From: Octopus vulgaris
Lineage: Eukaryota
Direction: 5' to 3'
Assembly (NCBI GenBank): GCA_951406725.2
Contig: OX597822.1
Location: forward strand, 930,001-994,000
DNA: 64,000 bases
This document shows, piece after piece, positions 1 through 12,076 of the stretch (position 1 is its first letter; each line of letters starts with the position of its first letter). The translations under genes were made by a program, and so were the position numbers. The notes beneath the pieces were generated by a model. That model searched no databases. It had not been told where the DNA came from and worked only from the letters and a program-made list of their open reading frames with translations.

Positions 1-388
1 TCTTTCACTCTTTCACCCTTCCTATATATATATATATAAATCGTTTTCTTTCTTTCTCCCTCACCTAGTCATCTCTCTCTCTCCTCTTTTCTCTGTCTCT
101 CATCCCATCAACCCGGATCCCTCACTGTCAGTTCTGGTAGATGCAGTTCACACCACACTTCACTGTTCAATGACAATATAAGGTTGACTGACAAGTTATT
201 AATAAAAAAAAAAAGAATTCGCTCTTTTGGGGAAAATCTTTCTTTCTAACTGTATATGTTATACTGTGTATCAGTGTACGTGTAAGCGTAAAGCTGAGTA
301 TGAATGTATGTGTATATATGTATGCGTGCATGCATGTATGGATATATGTGTATGCGTATAAATACATACCTCTGTGTATGTGTGTGTG

Positions 389-443
<55 letters not shown>

Positions 444-480
444 GTATGTATATATATATATATATATATATAGATATATT

Positions 481-835
481 ATATAGAGGGTACTACTATT
501 CATAGATACCGCACGCTTGAGTTTGTTGCACTGATGAGCATAGAATGCATATTCTGCATTAAGTGCGAAATCACAGGTGATATGTAACTAAATTCTTTTT
601 TTAAATGACTTGCTTTGAAGTTTTGCATTCGGTAAAATTTGTTTATTTTAGTAGTTTTGACCGCAAGGGTCCCTCCTAGCGTGCGGTATCTATGAATAGT
701 AGTACCCTCTATATAATATAAATGAACATTTTCAAAGTGGAAAAATTTACGGATTTTTTCTCTTACGAGGTTTTTCACGCTAACTACTGATGATTTCTTA
801 TAAAGATTTTAAAAAAGATTTTAAATAAATATATA
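481..835 (+). mobile_element. Penelope-like (PLE) terminal-repeat remnant with inverted duplication, family shared with 28630-29165
   Basis: 37-bp inverted repeat 481-517 / 678-714 encloses a hammerhead motif; sits in (TA)n; closely similar copy at 28850-29165. Confidence 0.7.
525..588 (+). ncRNA. type I hammerhead ribozyme motif
   Basis: gttgca-CTGATGA-gca[hairpin]tgc-GAAA-tcac ag gtga-TA-tgtaac: stems I, II and III all pair and the core is canonical. Confidence 0.8.
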
Positions 836-859
836 TAGTTATATATATATAAGAGAACT

Positions 860-1065
860 ACTCTACATTAAGAGCAAATCCGTTTCCCGCAATTCAGGCA
901 AATTCTTCGCAGTGAACATATAGAAAATTGGGCAGATAACATCAAACCAAATTTCACAGTCCCCCCCTTCAACCAGTGCAAAGACACAATCTCTCAACTA
1001 GAACGTTTGAATAAAGAAACTTTTTTCATTGAAAAATACAGAACACGCCTTAATATGCTCGCATA
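860..1065 (+). pseudogene. Penelope-like GIY-YIG endonuclease C-terminal fragment
   Basis: Manual translation SEHIENWADNIKPNFTVPPFNQCKDTISQLERLNKETFF..EKY...LN resembles the PLE endonuclease end (H...F......R..KE..FI......LN); frameshifted. Confidence 0.55.
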
Positions 1066-1678
1066 ACCAACTTTTATCTTTTTACATATTTCAATTCACG
1101 ATTATATCTCTGTAGATAAATCCCCTCACTAAACAAGGTTTTCGAAACTTGTCTTTGTCTGTACATATATATTCCCCTCCCATTACTGAAAGCTGAACAG
1201 TTATGTCCCTTACCTACAACAATAACAATAATAACGATAACCAATTACCGCCCTTTATTTATCTACTTGTGAAGCCATTCACTCTTGAATTTCATCACAC
1301 ACAACATGGACAAAATTTCTTCTTAGGAGAAAATACATATTCAAATAACTAAAACATAATATCATGAATAGCGATAGCGAAACCGGTCGATATATTAAAA
1401 ATTATATTAAAACTATGTAAATGTGCGTATTTTCCTTTTTTAATTTCTTATATACATTACAACTCACCACGTAGGGATAATCGAAATTCCTCTTTTCTGT
1501 TACAACTATATATATATATATGTGTGTGTCGCCATGATTTCCTGCTAACCCCACAAGTTTTATTCTGTCTCTGTTCATTTCCTCGTGTTCCTCTCTGTTG
1601 AAGAGCGTAGGCCCGAGCGTCAAACTAATGCATCTGGTTGTTGTTTATACCCTGTCTTCGTGTTTTATTTTTCTGTAA

Positions 1679-1747
<69 letters not shown>

Positions 1748-1852
1748 GATGTACACCTAGTGGTCATCTCCAGATTCTTTTCTATATGCTAAGCCACTGG
1801 TTCAAATTGATATTAAGCAAATTTATATCAATATTTTTACTCTTATTATTTA

Positions 1853-1907
<55 letters not shown>

Positions 1908-1944
1908 CATATATATGTATGTATATATATATATACATATATGT

Positions 1945-2110
1945 TATATTAAATTGGAGATAAAACCACTATTAGGCAAATCAAACAGTGAAAATCATAA
2001 GCCAATACATAGAAAAAAAATATATATATAAAATATAAATATAAAAAATATAAAATATAAAATTCCAAATTAAAATATTTAAATTAAAGTTAAAATTTAA
2101 AAAATAAATT
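1945..2110. repeat. AT-rich repeat family (agataaaaccactattaggcaaatcaaacagtg), probable PLE terminal repeat
   Basis: Same sequence at 38612, 40545-40745 (inverted), 53180 and 53870-54055 (inverted). Confidence 0.65.
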
Positions 2111-2392
2111 TGCCGAACCGCTAAGTTACGGGGACGTAAACACACCAACACTGGTTATCAAGCGGTAGTGAAGGAGAAACACATACACGTACACACACGC
2201 ACACACACACACACACACACAAATATATACAACAGGCTAATTTTAGTTTTTGTCTACCAAATCCACTCACAGGGCTTCGGTGGGCCCTAGGCTATAGTAG
2301 AAGATACATGCCAAAGATGCCACTGAGTAGCACTGAACCCGGAACCATATCGTTAGGAAGCAAGTTTCCTACCACACAGTCACGCCAGCGCG
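2110..2392 (-). mobile_element. tRNA-derived SINE family B
   Basis: Matches copies at 11695, 27325 and 34668; A-box/B-box head on the minus strand, internal (CA)n. Confidence 0.75.
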
Positions 2393-3399
2393 ATAGATTT
2401 TGTTCGCAAAATCAGAGCGTACCCCACTCCAATTGCCATCAACGGGCCGCCAGACCCAAGTGTTCCGGCGTGATTTTGCCTCCCCAGTTGCTGATGCTGC
2501 CTCCGTTATTCCTATTTGAAACTAAGCCGGGATTTCGTTTTTTCATACACAAAAGATCTCTAACATAAAGCACGAGGATGCAATTTGGCAATATATTTTT
2601 CTGTCGATTTAATCAACCCTATATTTTTCTAGTACTTATTTTATCGCCTGTGAAAGAATAAAAAGGAAAAGTTGTTCACTGCGGGTTTTGACCTCGGAAT
2701 ATAAAGAAACGCAAAGCATTGTTTTGCGACGACCTACCAATGCTGTTACCCATCGGCCAATTTGTAGTTGCATTATATAAATGACATTGCTTTTAACGCA
2801 AATTTTGCCCCAATCGACCTTCCGTATATATAATTATTGCTTGGCTGATAAAATAAACAATAGCTAACGGAATAAAAGAAATTTTTTGTTGTATTTATAT
2901 GTATTTATTTTATAATGATATCACGGAAAATGTTCAGCAGGGAATTAACATTGAAACAGCGCAATCCTACCATGTGTTAAGACATTTGTATCAATTGGCA
3001 AAATCGCTTCGAATAAGCATATTTAAATACTGACAAAGAGGACAGTTGGGATTATCAGCAATTACTGTGGTAATTCCCCCAAAATCCTCTACAAATCTGT
3101 TAACCATTTGTCCAGCTCAAACTGGAATGTTCTGCTCATCCGTTTCTAGAATACTAAAATGAAAATAAGGAGCTTGTATTTGAATGGAATCAGAGGCCAT
3201 GAAAAAGAAAGAATTAAACTAGGAGACAGGGAGATTTTCATTTCTCGCATAAATCGTTCGGTCCAGGTTAACTGAAAAATAAAATGAAATGAAATAAATG
3301 AATGAATAAAAACAAAAGGAAAGAAGGAAGGAGGATATGATCCATTCATTATATGGCACATAATTTGGAAGTGTTTCTATTAAAAAAAAAATTAGCAGA

Positions 3400-4230
3400 T
3401 ATTTCGGTTTCTTATAGCAAATTACCGTATCAATTTTGCTAGAGGTTGAGGAAAATGGTGAGAAGAGTCAGTTCCAATGAATTAATTAGGTGTATTCATT
3501 ACCAGAATTGATCGAAAAATTACTTCGAGTAGAATTTGAACTTTCGGCAATAAATATTTATTTTACGGATTTTAATATCGTTAAGAGTATTTTGTTCATA
3601 TATTCATCTTATAAATATTGTTCGTGAAACCAACACTGGTAAAATAGTACATTTGTTTGTGCGTGGAACAAAAATTCTTCCTGTTCTTTAAGTTTTGAGT
3701 TCATATACTGCCGAGATCAACTTTTCCCTTCATTCTTTAGGTGTCGATAAAATAAATTCCAGTTAAGTAAAGAGGTCAGTCTAATCGTCTGGTTCCCTCT
3801 CTCCAAAATACCAGGCCTTGTGCTTCTATTATAGAAAAAGGGAATAATATCTGTAAAAACAACGCTGGAGAAATAGCACAATCGTAAGAGTGTGCAACAA
3901 AATTTATTTCAGCACTTTACGCTGTGAGTTCAAATTCCGTCTGGACTAAATTTCTTTACCTTTCATTCACCCAGGGCTGATAAAATACATTTCCAATCAA
4001 GTAATAGGGTCGATGGTATCGACTGATTCCCTCATTCCAAAATCCTTCGTCTTCTATCAAAGTTAGAATTCATTTTTAGCATAACAGAATCATTAGTTCA
4101 AATCCCATCAAAGTCAAATTTGCCTTTCAATTCTCCAGAGTCGATACAACAAACAAGTAGTTTAATAATGAGATCGATGGTAACCACTGGTCTCTCCCCA
4201 CAGATTTTTTAGAACTTTTGCACAAATCTG
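3400..4230 (+). mobile_element. head-to-tail cluster of degenerate tRNA-derived SINE family A copies
   Basis: Repeated gagttcaaat (B box) ...cctttcatcc..gtcgataaaata core at about 200-bp spacing. Confidence 0.6.
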
Positions 4231-4269
4231 TGCGGCGGGCATGTCACTTGATAAGATTTTAAAATCAAG

Positions 4270-5067
4270 CATCCATCTCATTTTTAAGTACTGTCACTGG
4301 AAAAGTTAAATTTCAAGAATAGTCCTTTCTCTCATCTGTGAAGATGGTGCGGACCGAAGAGTGGAGTTTTTCGAGTGGAACTTGGCATGATATGTAGAAG
4401 TTTTACACTTTCCAACAAAGACTGTCTGGAGTGATGAGCCTGCATTTAAATCAAACGCCACAGTCGCTGTGAATCTGCGTATTACAGAGGAACACCATGT
4501 TAATTTACCTAAAGTAGAGTACAGTAGAGTGCAGTTTTTCAACAAAATGTTGATACTGGCGTTACAGTAACTGGTTATATGTATTTGAAGATGGTGCGAT
4601 AATCTGTCATATCAAGCATTCAAAAGGATTTTCAAGATGTGCAGTTTCATTTCCGGTAAGATGAGCACCTCCACCCTATCATAGTAATGTAAAAGCCCAC
4701 TTTCTTGAGATTTTACGAAATAGGTGGACTGAGAGTGGAGATTCAGTTGAATACCCTCTGTGTTTACCGGACCTCAGACCACTAGACTTATTCCAACTGG
4801 AGATATTTAAAAAATAAAGTTTACAATACAAAACAAGCAACAATCGAATTAACGGCAGCGATTGAACGAGAATACATACAAATACCGAACGAAATGTTTC
4901 TTCATGTTTAAGATTCAGTTGCTTCGCGCTTTCAGCAGTTTCTGGACAAAAACGGTTACCAGTTTCAAAACCTGTAGATTCTATCAAATTTTGAAAATGA
5001 GTTGTATTTAAAAAAACACTGACTTCATAGTTAATGATTGCACGTGTACATTTTTGGAACACCTTGT
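4270..5067 (+). mobile_element. Tc1/mariner-superfamily transposase fossil, 3' part
   Basis: VEYP..LPDLRPLDLF.W.YLKNKVY-like motif near 4745-4825; terminal tttttggaacaccttg-TA TIR end. Confidence 0.65.
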
Positions 5068-5265
5068 ATGTATGTATGTATGTATGTATGTATGTATGTA
5101 TGTATGTATGTATGTATGTATGTATGTATGTATGTATGTATGTATGTATGTATGTATGTATGTATGTATGTATGTATGTATGTATGTATGTATGTATGTA
5201 TGTATGTATGTATGTATGTATGTATGTACGTACGTACATACATACATACATACATACATACATAC
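5066..5265. repeat. (TATG)n/(TACA)n microsatellite
   Basis: Direct inspection. Confidence 0.95.
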
Positions 5266-5363
5266 AAACGTAAGTTACGGAAGTTGCAAAAATGTAACTA
5301 CATGTGGGCTGTTGGCGATTTTTTCCTCCTTCTTTCTTTTCTTTTGAACTTTCCTGTATCTCC

Positions 5364-5400
5364 TGTTTCCGAAGAAGAGCTTTGCTCGAAACCTAAAACA
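5364..5400 (+). ncRNA. minimal hammerhead ribozyme variant (U4C core)
   Basis: tgttt-CCGAAGA-a-gagc ttt gctc-GAAA-cc-TA-aaaca; stems I and II pair, stem III collapsed. Confidence 0.55.
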
Positions 5401-5521
5401 ACCACCCTTTCCTTCTCTGAGCGTCTTATTAATACTTTGCATGTGCTACGTCCCCGCATTTATTTTTCTTGTCCTTTTCTCCGTTTTTTAATCGTATATA
5501 TATATATACACATACATACAT

Positions 5522-5568
<47 letters not shown>

Positions 5569-5594
5569 TTATCTATCTATCTATATATATATAT

Positions 5595-5679
<85 letters not shown>

Positions 5680-5688
5680 CATAAATAC

Positions 5689-5741
<53 letters not shown>

Positions 5742-5785
5742 ACGTTTCTAAATATCTGAGAGAGATATAAACAGTAGTGGTACGA

Positions 5786-6105
5786 TAGAGTAGTTATGTA
5801 CCGTCAACTTGATGTGACAGTCCCATGAAGGGAATCACACCTCCACCCCCACCCAGCTAAGCCTGCACCCAAAGACTAGTTTCTGAGTCTTTGCTCGTCA
5901 TCAGTCTGGAGTAGCATGGCCTGCTAGTTGGAGATGCTTGTCTAGCCTTTGTAGTGGAGGTATTTGTCTCCCCCTTGTAAACATAAGGATACAGGAAATG
6001 TGTCAAGGCCGATAAGAAGCGTTGATGTTTCCTAGGGTTAAATAGCAGTGGTGTGATTCCCTTCATAGGACTGTCATATTAAGTTGACGGTATACAAATA
6101 CTCTA
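5786..6105 (-). mobile_element. PLE-type remnant with about 55-bp inverted repeats
   Basis: 5786-5841 is the imperfect reverse complement of 6050-6105; a hammerhead motif lies inside. Confidence 0.65.
5868..5910 (-). ncRNA. minimal type I hammerhead ribozyme motif
   Basis: Minus strand tccaga-CTGATGA-c gag caaaga ctc a-GAAA-ctag-TC-tttggg; palindromic stem III ACTAGT, GUC cleavage triplet. Confidence 0.65.
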
Positions 6106-6329
6106 TATATATATAATTTTTTGTTTAATAGTGACAAATATGTCTCGAATTATGGTGTAACGTCCGTAACTCACGTCTCGTTTTCGTATAACTATGACTG
6201 TATTTCCTCATACTTTTGTATCTCCTTTTATCTAACATGTTGCTGAATGTATAACCTGACCCAGGTTGCAAGCAAAAGAAATTATCATCATTGCCATTTA
6301 TACATATATTTCATGCCCTTTTCTTTTAC

Positions 6330-7550
6330 CCTTTCGATTTTCTATGTAAACTCCCAAACGTTATGCTTACTTTAGTAAAAGTCCGCAACATCCATCGTCC
6401 TGATAGCAAATACAAGGAATTATTCTGAGTTCAAAACAAACCGAAATAAAAATTGCCTTTCAACTCTCCGGGGTTGGTAAATTACGACTAATGTATTAGA
6501 CAAGTACTGAGTAGGGGAAGGAGCGATGTAATCGGTTAACCCCTTCTCAACACGGCTGACCTGGTGTTAAACTAAAAACACTTTAAGTGAGATGATTTGT
6601 TAGAATCGTTAGATCGTCAGACAAAATGCCTAGTGGTATTTGAGTACAGATCCCTCCGTTATCCACTTTATCTTTCATCCCCTCGCCACCGGTCTCTATA
6701 AACTAATAAAGAGCCATTCAAGTGCCGGGGTCAAGGGGAAGAAATAATCACTTCTCTCAAAATTGCTGGTCTTGTGCCTAAATCAGAAACTATGTAAGGG
6801 CAACGAATTGGTAAGATCTGCCAGGGTGTCGAACAAAATATCTTGGTATATTTCGTCCGATACATGTCGTTCCGAGTTCGAATCCCGCTTTGTATCCTTC
6901 CGGGGTAGATAAAGTAAAATACTAGTCAGTTGGTATAAATTTACCTCTACCCGCCCACCAAATGAAAAATAAATAAATAAAGGGCATGTGTCTAAAATAA
7001 GAAACAATTGGCGCGCTTGCAGAATCGTTGGGGCGTCGGGTAAAATGCCTCGCGACATTTGTTAAGTATCTTTACGTTCTGACTACAAGTGCCGCGAAGA
7101 TCAATATTGAATTTCATCCTTTTGGGGTCGATAATTTAAAGTACTGGAGTGCTACTATTGGGATCGATGGTATCGATTAGCCCACTCCCCTAAAATAGGC
7201 GACCTTGAGCTCAAAATGGAGCCTTTATATTTCAGGGTCGATAAAATAAGTCCTTGTTGAGTTTACCCCCCACCCCGTAATTGCTGGCCTTGTGCCAAAA
7301 TCTGAAAACATTATTACTATCAGAACAGAAGGCGCGGGTAGGGAGTATCGTTAACACATCGGACCAAATGCTTGGCGGCATTTCTCTTGTATTTACGTTC
7401 TGAGTTCAAATTCTGCTGAGATCAATTTTGCCCTTTTTTCTTTCGTGGTCAATAGAATAAGTACCAGTCGAGCACAGTGATCTTTGCAATCGACTTACCC
7501 TCGTCTCCAAGGTTTAAAGCCTTGTGCCTATAACAGAAAGTATTATTATT
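6330..7550 (+). mobile_element. tandem cluster of SINE family A copies
   Basis: About 6 same-orientation degenerate copies with agaatcgtt head, gagttc B box, ggtcgataaa-agtac core and ggccttgtgcc tail. Confidence 0.65.
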
Positions 7551-7838
7551 ACTATTAGAATTACAACAGTCACAGCAATAACTGGCCGCAAATTAACACT
7601 AACAGGATAATTATAATGAATTTCTTAATTTTTTTTTTGCAAAATCCTTCTCCAACGTATCAGAGGACCTTTCGTCAACCCTAGATTTTCTTTGCAACAC
7701 CATATTTTTCACCCTATTCACGGAAGTACATTTATTGTCAGACTCCTTTCCTTCAATTTGCCATATTTCCTGTCTTCACCTGACATCGTGATAGTTCCAC
7801 AACAATCGTTCTCCGCCATTGTGTGTGTGTTTGTGTAC

Positions 7839-7873
<35 letters not shown>

Positions 7874-7932
7874 CATGTATATATATATATATATATATGT
7901 ATGTATACATGTATATATATATATATACATGT

Positions 7933-7988
<56 letters not shown>

Positions 7989-8896
7989 GTATATATATAT
8001 ATAATTAGTGTTCACTCGAAAATTTGATTTCGAGTGATCTTTCGTTATTTTCCCCTCTATGCATGCGTGAATTGCTTTTCAGCTTACATTGTCTGGGAGA
8101 CTCTTCTTATAGTAGGGGAAATAGCTAAATTCTTTGGCTGCTATTTCTAAATGTTCGGTATGTGGTAAAGCAAATTTTTTGCTGAATCCCTAATTATATA
8201 AAGTAATGTTGAAGTTTACCGTAAATGGTCCTTTTACATACTGAACACTATTGGTAAAATTATTAATTACTAATTGATTAATTAGTTTTACCCTTTATTA
8301 TTATTGACAATATATATATGTATGTATGTATACGTACATGCGTGCATGTATGCATACATACATATATACATACATACATACATACATTAACTATTTGTTA
8401 TTTTATTGATTCGTGAACATATTGGGTAGCGTAGGATGCTTTTTTGACATCTTTATACTCTAATCTTAGCTGACCCCGTCATACGCACATACGCCCACAC
8501 ACACACACGCACACACACACACACACACACACATGCATACGAACACAATCACACGCAAAACATATGCGTGCACTTCTGTCTGCACCTACAATCTCTCTTC
8601 TTCACTCTCTCTCCCCTCAACACACACAAACACAAACACACTTCCTCTCCGTTTCCTTCTCGTCCCGTTCGTGTCTCTGTATGTCTTGGCGTACATTTCG
8701 CTTATCTCTTTCGTCTCTCCTCTTCTTTCATTGCCGCGACGGAGAAAGAGTCGAAGACAGAAGCACTTCACTGGCTCTCTCTGTTTTCTTCTTCTTCTTC
8801 TTCTTCTTCTTCTTCTCCTCCTCCTTCTTCTTCTCCCCCCTCCTCCCCTCCCCTTCTTCTTCTTCTTCTTCTTCTTCTTCCTCTCTCTGCCTGCCT

Positions 8897-8928
<32 letters not shown>

Positions 8929-9138
8929 TGTTTTCTCTGTCACTTCTGTATTACTATGTCTGACAGCGCGAATCACTCTCACCTCTCCCTCATACACACA
9001 GACTGACAGACAGACTGACAGACAGAAGATCACTGCAGAGAGGAAAGATACATAGAAAAAGAATAAGAATGACAGAGGGAGGGAGGGAGGGAAGGGAGAA
9101 GACAGAGAGAGGGAGAGACGAAAAGAGTGTGGGAAACG

Positions 9139-9187
<49 letters not shown>

Positions 9188-10367
9188 CCGATCATGGCTA
9201 CAGTTCAGTGACTTAAACCTGTGAAAGGATAAGACAATATTTCTCTGTCTGATTCTCTCCCTCCCTCCATTCCCCCCTTTCTTTCTCTTTATTACTACGA
9301 CACACTCTCTCTTTGTCACTATGACGCATTCTCTGTTTCTCCTTTATACCTTTACACTCTCCCTCTCCCTCTAATTCATGATGTAAGCAACTCTTACCTT
9401 TCCCCTTGCACCCTTCTTTTCTTCCTACCCTCTTTCTTCCCCTCACTCACTCTTTCTCCCTCTCTCTCTATTCTCTTTCACTCAGCTCCTCGTCTTTTTA
9501 CTCGCTCATTATATTTTACCCTCCCCTTTCTTGTTGTCTTTCCTTGTTCTCTCTTTCTGTCTCCTCACACTTTTCTCTCTTACCACTTTCCTCCTACCAC
9601 CTATCACCCGAACCTATCTTTTACTGATTGTTTTTTTTTACGTTATCTTTTCTATTTTCTGTTCTGTTTTTATTGTAAAAATTATTCTATTCATTTGAAG
9701 ATAATCAAATTTCCAGTGGGCTTCGTTGTGTCGCGTGGAAGTGTCCATGATTTATCACTTCCGATTCATGATTAGGGGATTGTGGGTCCGACGACAAATT
9801 GCATGGCTAATTCAAACTAAATAAGTCACAACAACACGCATACTTCATCTCCGACGACAATACCGACCTTTAAACTATGTAGCCATCCATCCATCCAACC
9901 AGCCGTCCAGCCATCCAGGCATCCAGTAATACCACCATCCAACAAACCAGCCAACCAGCCTGCCTGTCCAGCCTGTCCAGCCGGACAGGCTTTCATTTAG
10001 CAAAGGCACTAACTATTCCGCCAACCAGCTAAACGAACAACGAATCCAAGTCTCTATGTGGTTGTTCGTTCTGCTAGAAATAGTAACCTAATCTGTACTC
10101 CCCATCCGATCACCGTCTAAGAAAAGGAGAAAGGTAATGTTGGATTAATGTAGCACTGTGTTTATTGTACCAAGGGAGGAGTAAAAATGATTCTGGTTGG
10201 ACTGTCATCATAGGAAAGCTCGATCTTGATGACTTAAGACTAAGCAACAACAATATCAACCAGCTATCCGTGCACTACTTTGCCAGGTAGTCAGGCGTCC
10301 CATCATTCAGCCAAATATCCTGCCACCTACCAAGTCTGTCAACTCTTCAGATAGCTTTCTCATATTG

Positions 10368-10859
10368 GTCAGCCAGTAAGGATATGCATACGATTTGGTC
10401 ATCAAATCTAAATAGAGATTTCAAACTTAAAATCTTCAAAGCCACAGTCGAACCAATTCTACTATATGGCTCAGAAACCCGGACGTTATCAAAGAAGCTT
10501 GAGAGGCGGTTGGATGGAACTTACACCCGCTTCCTTATGAGAGCTCAAAATCTCTCGTGGAAGCATCATCCAACCAAAGTACAAATATATGGGAAATTAC
10601 CACCTGCATCATCTCTTGTGAAAGGGAGAAGAGTCCAGTTTGCTGGACATTGTTGTAGAGCTGAAAACGAGGTAATTTCTACTCTTCTCCTCTGGAAGCC
10701 ATCTGCTCGCGATACCAGAGGGCGCACACTCTCCTATCCTGATGTGATCTCCAGGGATACAGGCATCCAGCAACAGGACCTCCGTAATGCTATGATGGAC
10801 CGTGAGGTCTGGCGTAAATTCCATTGTCTCGACCACGGTCGAACAATGAATGAATGAAA
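10368..10859 (+). mobile_element. 5'-truncated RTE-type LINE 3' end
   Basis: ORF 10384-10857 has KLKIFKATVEPILLYGSET and RRVQFAGHC motifs; (ATGA)n tail; target-site duplication ttctcatattg at 10357-10367 and 10860-10870. Confidence 0.8.
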
Positions 10860-10949
10860 TTCTCATATTGTCTTACTTTACTCAACTCCTGATGAAGTCG
10901 TAGGAACACCGTGTTTTGAGTTTTAGTCGTGTTATGGACAATCTTAGAC

Positions 10950-11385
10950 TTAGCGAATCGTTAACTGGCAGAATCGTTAGCGAATCCAACAAAATGCTTC
11001 TGTTTCTTTATTTACTGGTTTCTAATTACGCCGAGGTCGATCTTGCTGTTCCTCCTTTCAGGATCGATCAAAATAACTACCAGTTGAACACCGGGGTCGA
11101 TGCATCCGACTTACCCACTGCTTTAAAGCTGCTGGCTTTTTACCAAAAATTTGAAAGAATTATTAGATATGGCGAGTTAAGGCGGCGAGATGGTAGAATC
11201 GTTAGCATGCCGGGCGAAATATTTAGCGGTGTTTATCCATCTTTGCGTTCTGAGGTCAAATTTCACCTTTCGTCTTTTCGGAGTAAATAAAATAAGTACC
11301 AGTTGAGTACTGGGGTCGATATAATAGATTTATCCCCCCTACCTTGAAATCGCTGGCCATGTCCTAAAATTTGAAACCAATATTA
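10950..11385 (+). mobile_element. two tandem SINE family A copies
   Basis: ggcagaatcgttagc heads near 10967 and 11180, with the conserved core. Confidence 0.7.
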
Positions 11386-11694
11386 GACATGACGGAGCTC
11401 ATTCGATCTCTCCTAGCTTGACCACAGCTAAATTCTTTCGGATGGAGAAAAAGAGAAAGAGAGGGAGAAAGATGGGAGGGAGAGGGAGGAAAGGCACAGG
11501 GGCAGAAAATGAATACACTCCAATACAGGACTGGTACTTTATTTATTGACCCCGAAGATATGAAAAGCAAGGTTGGCCTCGGCGTTATTTGAGCTGAAAG
11601 TGCCGCCGGGAACCAGAATGAATACCACATGACAATCCATCCGATGCTCCGACGACTCAGCTATTTCAATACCTATCTTTTCTCTCTTTTCTCT

Positions 11695-11896
11695 CTTTTA
11701 CTTGTTTCAGTCATTTGACTGCGGCCATGCTGGAGCACCGCCTTTAGTCGAGCAACTCGACCCCGGGACTTATTCTTTTTATAAGCCCAGTACTTATTCT
11801 ATCGCTCTCTTTTTGCCGAACCGCTAAGTGACGGGGACGTAAACACACCAGCATCGGTTGTCAAGCAATGCTAGGGGAACAAACACAGACACACAA

Positions 11897-11935
<39 letters not shown>

Positions 11936-12076
11936 CGACAGGCTTCTTTCAGTTTCCGTCTACCAAATCCACTCACAAAGCATTGGTCGGCCCGGGACTA
12001 TAGCAGAAGACACTTGCCCAAGATTCCACGCAGTGGGACTGAACCCGGAACCATGTGGTTGGTTAGCAAGCTACTT
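11695..12076 (-). mobile_element. SINE family B, 3' portion (host of the ORF1-only array)
   Basis: Aligns with the uninterrupted copy at 27325-27715 up to ggttagcaagctactt; remainder found at 18761-18800. Confidence 0.85.

Noticed and set aside
4679-5751. YI/MYVC/HTYI-type ORFs here and throughout the window
   Set aside because: Products of (TA)n, (TATG)n, (CA)n and (TATC)n microsatellites
10882-10920. ctgatga...acaccgtgt hammerhead-like remnant
   Set aside because: GAAA box and stem II are missing; too decayed to call
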